Assembly (NCBI RefSeq): GCF_004010195.1
Contig: NC_057718.1
Span: 47,170,116 to 47,202,299 of the forward strand
Source: Chiloscyllium plagiosum
Lineage: Eukaryota
Direction of reading: 5' to 3'
DNA: 32,184 bases
Shown here: positions 22,863-32,184 of the stretch, piece by piece
Layout of the letters: each line of letters starts with the position of its first letter
Position numbering within the stretch: the stretch's first letter is position 1
Position numbers and translations under genes: made by a program
Notes under the pieces: generated by a model
The model's input: only the letters and a program-made list of their open reading frames with translations
Told to the model about the DNA's origin: nothing
Database searches by the model: none

Positions 22863-23558
22863 GTTCTGGATGTAGGTTTGCTCGCTGCGCTGGAAGGTTC
22901 ATTTTCAGACGCTCCATCACCATATTAGGTGTCATCATCAGTGAGCTTCCGGATGAAGCACTGGTGGCATGGCCCACTTTCTATTTGTGTATTTAGGTTT
23001 CCTTGGATTGGTGATGTCATTCCTGTGGTGACATCATTTCCTATGGTGATGTCATTTCCTGTTCTTTTTCTAAGGTGGTGGTAAATGGAATCCAATTCAA
23101 TGTATTTGTTGATAGAGTTCTGGTTGGAAAGCCATGCTTCTAGGAATTCTCATGCATGTCTCTGTTTGATCTGTCCTAGGATGGATGTGTTGTCCCAGTC
23201 GAAATGGTGTCCTTCCTCATCAACAAGCCACAGAAAGACATGATAGATAAGGAAGGACATGACTCATGAGAATTCCTAGAAGCATGGCATTCCAACCAGA
23301 AATCCATCACCAAACACATTAACTTGGATCCCATTTACCACCCCCTGAGAAAAAGAACAGGAAATGACATAACCAACCCAAGGAAACCCTAAATACATAA
23401 ATAGAAAGTGGGCCATACCACCAGTGCTTCATTCGGCAGCTCATTGATGATGTCACCTAGTATGGTGACAAAACGTCTGAAAATGAACCTTCCAGCTCAG
23501 CGAGCAAACCTACATCCAGAACCTCAACCTGAGCTACAAATTTTCTCAAAATTCGCTA
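22863..23558. mobile_element. Penelope-like element with about 300-bp inverted arms, a GIY-YIG C-terminal remnant and two decayed hammerheads
   Basis: Arms gttctggatgtaggtttgctcgctg / cagcgagcaaacctacatccagaac plus tail ctcaacctgagctacaaa; minus strand encodes FDWDNTSILGQ...EFLEAW; hammerhead cores mutated (TTGATGA...AAAACGTC at 23444-23477). Confidence 0.85.
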
Positions 23559-24065
23559 TTTGAAAAAGTGTTCCTGTTTGGTGGATTTTAACTGAACAAC
23601 AAATAGCCTTTAGCATACTTTTAGGCCTATAAACAAAATTATTTCATTCTATCTTGAGTGAGCTGGTGAAATAACAGACACAGATAAATTAGGCTCAAGC
23701 ATAGCTACTTGGAAAATGTTACAGAGCATCAAAGGGTAATCAATCTGTAAGATCATCCAATTTCACCTTGCTTCAGCTCAATTACTGTTGGCACTTTTAC
23801 TCATGCCTATATTATGCTAGCTTTGACTATTACACTGCAGTTCTGCTGATCTACCATCTTTCTTAAACGAGAGATCATCCAAAATTCTTCTGCTCATGTC
23901 CGAACTCATGCCAACTCTTGTTCACCTATTATCTCTACACTGGTTCCTATTGTACAACATCTTAATATTAAAATTACCATCCTAGTTTTCAAATATATTT
24001 ATGGCCTTCTTTTTCAGTGTCCTCCAGCTCTGCAACTCTGTGAAATATTTGCAATCCTTTAAATA

Positions 24066-24455
24066 TAGAGTCATAGAGTTATAAAGCACGGAAACAAACC
24101 TGCAGCCTTTGGTCCAATTAGTCCACGCCGACCAGATATCCTAAAATCATCTAGTTCCATTTGCCAGCAATTAGCTCATTTCTCTCAAAACCCTTTCTAT
24201 TCATGTACCCATCCAGACATCTTTTAAATGTTGTAATTGTACCTGCCTCGACCAGCTTCTCTGGCAGACCATTCCATATATGCACCACCCTCTGCATGAA
24301 ACAGTTGTCCCTCAGATCCTTTTTAAATCTTTCCCCTCTCACCATAAACCTCTAGTTTTGGACTCCCCTATCCTGAGATACATACCTTGGCTATTCACTC
24401 TATCAATGCCCCTAATGACTTTATAATCCTCTGTAAGGTCACCCCTCAGCCTCCC
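24066..24455 (-). mobile_element. CR1-type (HER1-like) LINE 3' end
   Basis: Minus ORF 24151-24345 VRGERFKKDLRDNCFMQRVVHIWNGLPEKLVEAGTITTFKRCLD. Confidence 0.88.
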
Positions 24456-25005
24456 GATTATTGTGGAGTTTCCTCCTCCAATGAGTTGTTTAATTGTCCA
24501 CCACCATTCACAACTGGATGTGGCAGAACTACAGACTTTACATGACCCATTGTCACTTAGCTCTGTCTATCACTTGCTGCTTATTCTGTTTAGTAATTTC
24601 ACCAGGTTGACACCCCCTTTTTAGGTATGCCTGATGCTGCTCCTGGCATGCCCTCTTGCACCTTCCTTGAACCAGTGTTGATCTCTGGCTTGATGATAAT
24701 CTTTGCGTGGGGGAAATGTCAGGCCATAAGCTTAGAGATTATGCTAGTGCATGATTCTGCTGCTGTTGCTGGCCTACAGCACCTCATGGATACCCAGTCT
24801 TGAATTGCTTGATCTGTTCAAAGTCTGTCCCATTTAGCATGGTGATAGTGCCAGACAACACTTCATTGTGAAGGTGGGACTTCGTCTCCACAGGTTTGTG
24901 TAGTGGTCACTCTTACTGATAGTCATGAACAGATGCATCTGTGGCAAGCAGACTGATGAGGATGAGGTAAAGCATGTTCTTCCTTCTTGTTGGTTCCTTT
25001 ACGAC
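24456..25005 (-). mobile_element. CR1/L2-clade LINE internal fragment
   Basis: Minus strand resembles the endonuclease end (LDLIL...SDHY.V.TK) and linker; no intact ORF. Confidence 0.55.
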
Positions 25006-25051
25006 CTATGCTCTTTAGGATTCTTAATTCCATATTTTTCTTAAAATGAAT

Positions 25052-25140
25052 TTAGGATTCAAACCTGGGTCCCCAGAACATTAGCTGAGTTTCTGAATTA
25101 ATAGTTTACCTGCAATATCACTAAACCATTGCTTCTCCAC
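25052..25140 (-). mobile_element. tRNA-derived SINE head
   Basis: Reverse complement has A-box-like TGGTTTAGTGA and B-box GGTTTGAATCC. Confidence 0.55.
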
Positions 25141-25894
25141 TGGTAAAGAATGAAGGTATGGCTGCCACCGATGCAATGATTGATGTTGAAGATGCAATAC
25201 ATCACAAGCAGGGAAATGCAGATATTTCACAAGGTTGCTGGTAGATGAGATGACAAAGATAGGAAGGGGAAAGGCCATGAAGGGATTAGAATATTATAAT
25301 TTTATGATTGAGCTTTTGCACAACATGGAAGCAATCTAAGCAGATGTCACAAAGAAATTTACAGAGTTTACAGAATTCATGATCCCTGAAACATATCCCT
25401 CAATACATCGATAATGATATTGGTCTGTATGTGTGTTCACTGATTTAAAAGGCATGGACTTCACACTGGAGTGAGGGGCTTTACTCTTGTTTTTGTTTCA
25501 CTTGAGGATGGAGCTGCATGTGATGAGCTCAGAATTACCACAAAACACCCCCTACACTCAAGCCACAGGCCAATCTCCACCTTCCTCCTTCTCCCTGCTC
25601 TAATCCATTGCCATCATTTCCATCCTCCGTCTTCATCTTCCTCCTGTAATTTCCTTAAATCCATCTTCCTCTTTCCTCCCTCTACGGTTCTGTGTCTCTC
25701 CCTCCATCCCTCCCCAGTCTCTATCCTCATCCTCTCTCCCTCCAACCCCATGTCATTCTCCTCTGCCCTCACTTTCTCTCCCTCCCTCCTCTATCCTTCA
25801 GAGCCCCTCTCTTCCTCTGACCTCTTGATCATCTTTAATTTTAAGTACTTCCACGTAAATGGATGCCCTTCAACTGTTGAGGCCTCTAAGTATG

Positions 25895-26195
25895 TCTGAA
25901 GTATAACACTGTTGCATTGTTTGAAATACAATGTTAATATATACATAACCAGCTCCCACAAGCAACAATGTGACAGTGATCTGATAATCTATTATATGAT
26001 GTTCTGGAGAGGCAAATAATTGTCAGGAAACTGGAGATAACTGTCTTTCTTTCTGAAACTGTGAGAGAACTTGGCATCTACTTGAGAGAGCACATGGGGC
26101 TTCAATTTAACATCACACCTAAAAACAAAGCACCTCCAACAGTACGGTGCTGGGATGACAACCTAGACTTTAAAGCTCAATCTCTGGAATCTAAA
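25895..26195 (-). mobile_element. Decayed Deu-domain SINE (SacSINE1/AmnSINE1-like)
   Basis: ggggcttcaatttaacatcacacc...cacctccaacagt resembles the reverse of the Deu central domain (from recall). Confidence 0.55.
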
Positions 26196-26617
26196 TGCAG
26201 GATTCACAGCCGCTGGAACACAAGGATGTGATTTTATAGTTAAGTTTTGGTTAGACGCAATGCGCAGCTAGTTCTGAGCATTGCACCTCCGGAAGGATAC
26301 ATTGGTCTGAAGAGGTGGAGCGTTCCCAGGATTAAAAGTGTTGTGTCGGCTTGCATTCGCTTTGTTGTGAATACTGAGGAATAATTTAGTTGATGTATTT
26401 AAGATAGTTGAAGAAATTATGAAAATAAATTATTTCCTTAGGTGGCAGACTCAGAACAAAAGCAATTAAGACTTATCTGGTTGATGGGAACACAATATTT
26501 GACATAGAGTCAGAGCCAGTGGTAGTAGAGTTTGTTCACACAAACGAGAATAGGTTTAAAAAAAACATTGCCAGTACTGCGAGTGAAAAAGCTCGGTGCC
26601 CGAGGTTTAGCTCTTAC

Positions 26618-26671
26618 TGTGAGGAAGTCCGACGCTGCAAGGTGACAGTGACAATCGACGAACCCACTCAT
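26618..26671 (-). CDS. TATDN3: TatD DNase domain-containing 3, coding exon 1 (MSGFVDCHCHLAASDFLT)
   Basis: ATG at 26671 with A at -3; TatD N-terminal D-x-H-x-H metal-binding motif; 54 nt ending at phase-0 donor ACA|GTAAGA; resembles human TATDN3 GLVDCHCHLSAPDF (from recall). Confidence 0.95.
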
Positions 26672-27034
26672 CTTACCCGGAGTACAAAAACTAACGCACT
26701 TCCGTTTTTGTCGTCGCTCCTTATGCTGAGCACGTTGGGCAGTCTTTCCCTAATGCCCGTGCTTTATATTCTGATGAGTTTTGGAGAAAACCATTGGATT
26801 TAATTTTCACAAAAATAAAAGCTGTCTGACTGGGATTGTGCATTCTGTACGTGATTTGAGACTGGTTGAATAATGAATCAGCCGGCCGGAACTGATATGA
26901 GAGGTTGTGTTTCTCACCGGAACTTTTGGGTGATGTTTCAGACAGGATGCAAACCTGAGCGGGTAGAGGCGGGAAAGTGAGCTCGCGAGCCGGCGGTTTG
27001 AGGATTTGAACGACCCAACGGGGTGGCCCGGAGG

Positions 27035-27154
27035 ATGGAGGCCCGGGTTGGCCGCGTGCGTTGCTCCTCGAAGCGCGCGGTTTTGGCTGCGCTCGAGCGT
27101 CTGGCCGAGCCGCTACGGAAACGGCTGAAAGACTTCCCGCAGGAGGCCCAACAA
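27035..27154 (+). CDS. NSL1: NSL1 (MIS12 kinetochore complex subunit) coding exon 1 (MEARVGRVRCSSKRAVLAALERLAEPLRKRLKDFPQEAQQ)
   Basis: Kozak-like aggATGG; RVRCSSKRAV resembles human RVRCTSKRAV; phase-0 donor CAA|gtgagt; head-to-head with TATDN3 as in human. Confidence 0.92.
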
Positions 27155-27369
27155 GTGAGTGAAGGCGCAAGGTGGGGGCCCCGGGCCCCACTCCAGGGGG
27201 AGAGAGCCCCACCCCAGAGGGAGAGGACTCGGGGGAAAGGCTGTAGGCGAGTGCAGATAGCTTGAATGGTGGTGCAGATGAGGAGAGAAGAGTCACTGGG
27301 GTGCAGTGAGTAGAGAGAGAGGGGTTAATAAAGAGACCAGGGTTTGGCTGGAACAAGGTTGGACTTAGA

Positions 27370-27663
27370 GATGGTAGAATCCCTACAACGTGGAAACAAG
27401 CCCTTTGGCCCAACAAATCCACACCAATCCTGCGAAGAGTTCTATATTTACCCTTGACTAATGCACCTAACCTGCACACCCCTTAACACTATGGGCAATT
27501 TAGCATAGCCAATTCATCTAACTCACACATCTTTAGATTGTGGGAAGAAACCCATGTAGACACGGGGAGAACGTGCAAAGTCCACACAAAGTCGGCTAAG
27601 GCTGGAATTGAACCTGGGACCCTGGTGTTGTCACGCAGTAGTGCTAACCACTGAGTCACCGTA
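27370..27663 (-). mobile_element. HE1-like V-SINE (elasmobranch tRNA-derived SINE)
   Basis: Reverse complement: A box GTGACTCAGTGGTTAGCAC, B box GGTTCAATTCC, V-domain TGTGTGGACTTTGCACGTTCTCCCCGTGTCTACATGGGTTTC, CR1-like tail TTGGGCCAAAGGGCTTGTTTCCAC. Confidence 0.88.
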
Positions 27664-28329
27664 TGGCTCTTTGGGGGTTAGAAGGGAGAGGTGTCACAGA
27701 AACAAAAGATTCCAGGGAGAGAGGGGGGAGTTCCAGAAAGTTGAAGGGGATCCTAAAGGTTTGAGGTTGGGTGGAGTTAGAGAGTTGAAAAGTGGAGTTA
27801 AGGGGGTTCCAGAGAGGGGTAAAGTGAGGAATGGGACAAAATGTACTCGTGAGAGCAGATGAAGAGGGTTGATAGTGAGCTGAAGTGGAGAAGGAGATGA
27901 GGGGCACTGTTGGGAGGCGATGTAGTAGATGAGAGGGCAATGAAGAATAGAATGCAGGAGTATTAACTAGGTGAGGAAGTCAGAAGTTGTTGGGTGCTTG
28001 AGGAAAGGAGAATATGGGCCTTGGATTTTAGAGTAGATTTTGAGGGTTTTGGAAAGATATGGGCCTGTGGACTTTGGCAGGGATGTTTTGGTGAGGCGGG
28101 GATTGCTCAGGTTGGAAATGGAGGAGGGGTGGAGAAGGGAAAAGCTGGTTGAGGGCCAACTGTATCAGTCAGCAAGTTGTCAGTTCACAGTATCTCACAC
28201 TCCACTGGGTTGCTGTCTAATTTGCACTTCATTGTGGGCATGAGATTCGGACTCAACTTTATCAAAAAATGCTAATCCTGTGTAATGAACTTAATTGACT
28301 TTGAAAGTAAATAATAATTCTGTTTTCAG

Positions 28330-28414
28330 ATATTTGAGACTGCTGTTCAGGAGAATATCCTTGTCAATGGCCTATTATGGCAAGAAGTCTCAGAGGAAGA
28401 TGAGCTCAAATATG
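28330..28414 (+). CDS. NSL1: NSL1 coding exon 2 (IFETAVQENILVNGLLWQEVSEEDELKY)
   Basis: Acceptor tctgttttcag, donor G|gtatgg; resembles human TFESAVQENISINGQAWQEAS; exon 3 not found before the window end. Confidence 0.93.
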
Positions 28415-29059
28415 GTATGGAATTAAATAAATTCAGTCCAATTTTCTTTGCAATCTCTAGATACTAATCACATTTGGAGCAAATTGATGTGTTAAGGCAG
28501 TTGTTGCGCTTTCAGAAAAATCAAAACTTTCTAAAGCAGTCCAATTACATTTCCCCTGTGCAAATTCATTGTTGCTTTTGTCTAAACAAATCTTGAAAAA
28601 TGGTTTTAGAGGAAATGGTGTTCTGAAAATATTTTTACTGACCCCAATATGATAAATAAAGTAAGACCTGGAGGTTGAATGACCTTTGTAACTGAATTCA
28701 GTTACATTGAAATATATCACCTGTCATTTTTTGTCAGAATATTCATCCAGATTGGGGCTCTGCCTATAAATGGGCAGACGTTTTATATATGGTTAACATT
28801 GTCACAAGTCAGCAGTCTTCAGCACAAATATGTTTATTTATTAAGCTCAATCATAAAATTTAAGATATTATTTGGCACAAAGAATGGATGATATGAGTTA
28901 TCACAATGATAATAGGGTCCATCATGGTCAGGTACCATCCATCTCACACCATGCAGCCTCCAATTAGTAAGTTGCTTATGTGCTACAGTTGATCTGTTTT
29001 AGTGTGTCCTTGGAACTTGAGTACCTTCTCAACAAGTAGATGGAATCCATTGCACAAGA

Positions 29060-29700
29060 CAGGCAGGCAAGCAAACACAACAAATGAAAAGAAAGTTGTC
29101 AGGTCTGTGTACATGGAATTGAGTGACAACTTGAAGGTAGTCATTAAGGCACGCGAGGCAATTATGATTGACATGGAATTTGATCGAGTAGTGTAAACAC
29201 GTTTTCCATACAAGAGACCAAACTTTCCAAGAGCAGGTCACTGAACAAAATGATATGTTAATCTGGCAGGGAAGAATTCCGTGAAAATGCATAAGCAAAG
29301 TGTAGATTCTGTTGGGAGGAGCTTGTTACTCTTCATAGTGGTGAGACCTGGACAAATATGTTAGACAGAAGAAAAGGCTGAACTGCTCCCAACTTTGCTG
29401 TCTCCGATATATGGCACTTGGCAAGCCAAGGTTATCAATTCAGTTGTATTTATAGAGTGCTAATTTGATCAGCACACTCAGGAAGTAGGACGTACTTGGA
29501 CAATAAACTTCTACCCAAAAACCTGCTGTACAGTCAGTTGCCACCGTGTTGCAAACCTGAGTGTCCCATGTCTGTGCTACAAAGGCAGCTGCAAGCAAGG
29601 TATGTAGATGGTGGACATGGAAGCTGGCAACCACTTCCTCTCCATTGCGGAGTCACCAGATATGAGGCACTGTTTTGTTGCACATGGTGCTGATCTGATC
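29060..29700 (+). mobile_element. Internally deleted, decayed RTE-clade LINE
   Basis: Endonuclease N-terminus remnant (AIMIDMEFDR...QETKL...WQG) and C-terminal DNKLLPKNLLYSQL (RTE R-L-P-K-x-x-L-Y-x-E-L motif). Confidence 0.7.
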
Positions 29701-30936
29701 CATTCCACAAAACTGCGCTGTTGCAGTCACTTGAACTACCTTCCACTTCATCTAGATGTCTAAGATGGACTGTGTTTGCAGGAACACCATGTACAAAACT
29801 CTGGATAAGGGGGGCAAAAACGTACTCAACGTTGCTCTTGACTTGATGGCCACCTTTGCGTGTGATTGCATCAAGTTACGTGTAGACCCTCTGTGCACAC
29901 ACCGTGTTACTATTTACTGAGGTTTTACCTGTCCTTGGTGTTATAGGATGCGCTGCGTAGTCAACCTTTCTGTATCGTGAAGAAATTTAAGAAAAACACC
30001 TTTGACCACATGCCCATCAGGAATTAGTCAGCATGTAGCATCTGAGACTCTGCGGCAAAAGGAGAGGGTGGATCCGGTCACGTGGCTCCATGAGCAGACT
30101 GTCAGTCATTTGGCAAAATGCCTCATCACCAGAACTTTCCAAATAGCATCATCATTGCTTGGCTGGTGGTGGGAATAGCATTACCTGTGAGAGTCGAGAG
30201 TGTGGTGCTGGAAAAGCACAGTAGGTCAGGCAGCATCCAAGGAGCAGGAGAATCTATGTTTTGGGCAAAAACCCTTCATTGGGAAGGATGCTGAGGGGGT
30301 GGTGAGATAAATGAGGGGGCATGGGGCTGGGGGAAAGGTAGCTGAGAGTGCGATAGGTAGATGGCGGTGGGGGTAATAGTCATCGGTCGGAGAGGAGGGT
30401 GGAGCGGATAGGTGGGAAGGAAGATGGACAGGTCATGAGAGCGTGCCGAGTTGGAAGATTGGAGCTGGGATAAGGTGGGGGAGGGGATGTGAAACTGGTG
30501 AAATCCACATTGATGCTGTGGGTTGAAGGGTCCCGAGGCGGAAGATGAGGCGTTCTTCCTCCAGGCATTTGGTTGTTAGGGAGTGGCGATAGAGGCAGCC
30601 CAGCACCTGCATGTCCTTGACGGAGTGGGAGGGAAAATTAAGTGTTTGGTCACTGGGTAGTGGGGTTGGTTAGTGCGGGTGTCCCGGAGATTTTGTCTGA
30701 AGCGCTCTGTGAGTAGGCATCCTGTCTCCCCAATGTAGAGGAGACCACATCATGAGCAATGGATACTGTAAGGTGACACTTTGGTGGATGAAGACGGCTC
30801 CTTTGGGGCCTGGAACAGAGGTGATGGGGAAGGTGTGGGCACAGGGTTTGCAATTCCTGCGGGGGCAGGGGAAGGTGCCAGGAGGGGAGGCTGGGTTGGT
30901 GGTGGGCCTGGATAAGGGAGTTGCAGAGGGAATGGT

Positions 30937-31539
30937 TTAGGGTGTAGGTTTGCTCACTGAGCTGTAGGTTTGATATCCAGCCGTTTCATTACCTGAGGGG
31001 TTGATAGATGGTATCTGGATCTATGTGTTTGTTTATGGCATTGTGCCAGGCCTCTAGGAATTCTCTGGCATGCCTTTGCCAGAGACAAAAAAAGATACAG
31101 ACTGCAGATTCCTCAAGAACAAACCACGACAAGCAGACCAAACACAGCCAGAAACGCTAACCACCTTACCATACATCAAAGAAGTTTCAGAAATGACAGC
31201 CAGACTACTAAGACCCCTCGGAATCCTAGTAGCACACAAACCCACCAACACTCTCAAACAAAAACTAACAAACTTAAAAGACCCAGTACAACCCATGGAC
31301 AAAACCAATGTCATCTACAAAGTTCCATGCAAGGACTGCCGCAAACACTACGTAGGACAACCAGGAAATGATACAACCACAAACCCCAGGAACCCCATCC
31401 AGGACAAACATTTAAATAGAAAGCAGGAGACAACAGCTTCGCTTCACTTGGAGGTCGCCCCTGATGATGTTACCTAGCCAGGTAATGAAACGTCTGGATA
31501 TCAAACCTACACCCTAAGCCTCAACCTGAGCTACAAACC
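30937..31539 (+). mobile_element. Internally deleted Penelope-like element with a short inverted 5' arm, nested in the previous element
   Basis: 16-bp TSD TTGCAGAGGGAATGGT (30921-30936, 31540-31555); ORF 31070-31477 has TLPYIKEVSE...NVIYKVPCKDCRKHYVGQ (GIY-YIG start); tail ctcaacctgagctacaaa shared with 22863-23558. Confidence 0.9.
31458..31497 (+). ncRNA. Minimal hammerhead ribozyme (core intact, stems slightly decayed)
   Basis: CTGATGA 31461-31467; stem II GTTACC/GGTAAT; GAAA 31487-31490; GTC 31492-31494; first stem I pair mismatched. Confidence 0.6.
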
Positions 31540-32039
31540 TTGCAGAGGGAATGGTCTTTATGGAAAGCAGATGAGGGTGGGGAAGGAAATATATTTCTAG
31601 TGGTGGGGTCTGTTTGTAGGTGGCGGAAATGGCGAAGGATGACGCGATGGTATACAGTGGTTGGTGGGGTGGATCCTTTTTGTACGTCTGGTCTGTCTGC
31701 GCTGCCGCATGCTGCCCTCAAAATGGTGGCAGGGGTGAGTTTGAGGGGGCAGAGACTATCACCCATCTCCTGCCGAAATATGCCTTTGCAAAGGAGGTCT
31801 GGTGAAAGACATGCAGTAGTTTGTGTCAAGGTTTGTCCCTACAGCTTTGTTATACAGGTCTCTGTGCTCTGCAGCTCTTCCTTGGAACGCGCACAGAGAC
31901 AAACATCAGCTGTGTCTGGAGTACCATCAACTCTGCGAAAGACAGTCTTTAGTCTGCCCGAAACTTGTTTGTCTTCCAGAACAAGAAGTTGACCCTGACC
32001 GAATGTTGCAGACTGGCATGTTCCAAAATCCAGGACTAC

Positions 32040-32184
32040 ATGGACTACATCGTTAGATGGGTCAGTATTTGTCCAATGTGTGCAGGAGGGTTTCCTGACA
32101 CAATATGTAGATAGGCCAACAAGAGGTGAGGCCATACTGGATTTGGTTCTGGGTAATGAACCAGGCCAGGTGTTAGAATTAGAG
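32040..32184 (+). mobile_element. CR1-type LINE endonuclease region, runs off the window end
   Basis: Open frame SLDGSVFVQCVQEGFLTQYVDRPTRGEAILDLVLGNEPGQVLELE (CR1 PTR...LDL motif). Confidence 0.9.

Larger units (their letters stand above)
26570..27250. promoter_or_regulatory. CpG-rich bidirectional promoter of TATDN3 and NSL1
   Basis: The main CpG-dense non-repeat stretch. ETS-type motifs ACTTCCG 26698-26704 and CCGGAA 26886-26891, 26917-26922; minus-strand TATAAA 26768-26763 and CCAAT 26797-26793; E2F-type GGCGGGAAA 26968-26976; palindrome GCTCGCGAGC 26981-26990; CHR-type TTTGAA 27005-27010. Confidence 0.85.
30193..31671 (-). mobile_element. 5'-truncated Penelope-like element (GIY-YIG endonuclease region and terminus with dead hammerhead)
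   Basis: Minus strand encodes LLYIGETG..L.ERFR and EEERLIFRLGTLQP..INVDFTSF; terminus at 30195-30290 related to 2179-2270 but with a mutated core (CCAATGA...AAAACATA). Confidence 0.85.
29775..32025 (+). mobile_element. L1-Tx1 LINE ORF2 C-terminal fragment split by nested Penelope elements (parts approx. 29775-30192 and 31672-32025)
   Basis: Removing the insert restores ALPVR|SFLY...CCPQNGG...ETITHLL..AFAKEVW (Tx1 zinc-knuckle region). Confidence 0.8.

Noticed and set aside
25471..25899. 142-aa Ser/Pro/Leu-rich ORF
   Set aside because: Product of a pyrimidine-rich low-complexity tract; non-ATG start and no domain.
26825..26846. ZNF143/SBS-like motif (reverse GAATGCACAATCCCAGTCAGAC)
   Set aside because: Only the TCCCAG core matches well; the ACTACA part is poor, so it cannot be called without a matrix scan.
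27171..27240. G-runs and an imperfect GC hairpin after the NSL1 exon 1 donor
   Set aside because: Common at CpG-island first-intron edges; G-tract spacing is irregular for a canonical G-quadruplex.
26721..27479. Longest ORF in the track (252 aa, minus strand)
   Set aside because: Starts inside a SINE, runs antisense through GC-rich NSL1 exon 1 and the promoter, is Pro/Ser-rich with no recognisable domain; best explained by stop-codon scarcity in GC-rich DNA.
31070..31477. 135-aa ORF as a possible domesticated GIY-YIG nuclease gene
   Set aside because: Lies within a TSD-flanked Penelope copy and is deleted right after YVGQ, so the nuclease domain is incomplete.
31540..31992. 150-aa plus-strand ORF
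   Set aside because: Chimeric: antisense Penelope sequence joined to an alternative frame of the Tx1 remnant.

Overview
Eukaryotic, AT-rich, repeat-dense vertebrate DNA. The repeat set (HE1/V-SINE, Deu-domain SINE, CR1, L2, RTE, L1-Tx1 and several Penelope-like element families) points to a cartilaginous fish, probably a shark. The window holds the 5' ends of two head-to-head genes sharing a CpG-rich bidirectional promoter, with 363 bp between their ATGs. TATDN3 is on the minus strand (coding exons 1-5 at 26671-26618, 16490-16458, 15867-15794, 9217-9133, 7950-7888) and continues beyond position 1. NSL1 is on the plus strand (coding exons 1-2 at 27035-27154, 28330-28414) and continues beyond the window end. 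Almost everything else is intronic retroelement debris. Two features stand out, both in TATDN3 intron 5. (i) A young, TSD-flanked, non-coding Penelope-type element (2144-2857) carries three identical intact minimal hammerhead ribozymes plus a captured genomic fragment. (ii) An adjacent tandem array of about 7 tRNA-like SINE units (about 2865-4745) is interrupted by four 5'-truncated L1-Tx1 elements, at least two of them at the same AAAGCAGA(CC) spacer site. A three-level nest (Tx1 > Penelope > Penelope) lies in NSL1 intron 2. Gene names rest on my recall of the human proteins. Repeat boundaries without TSDs are approximate.
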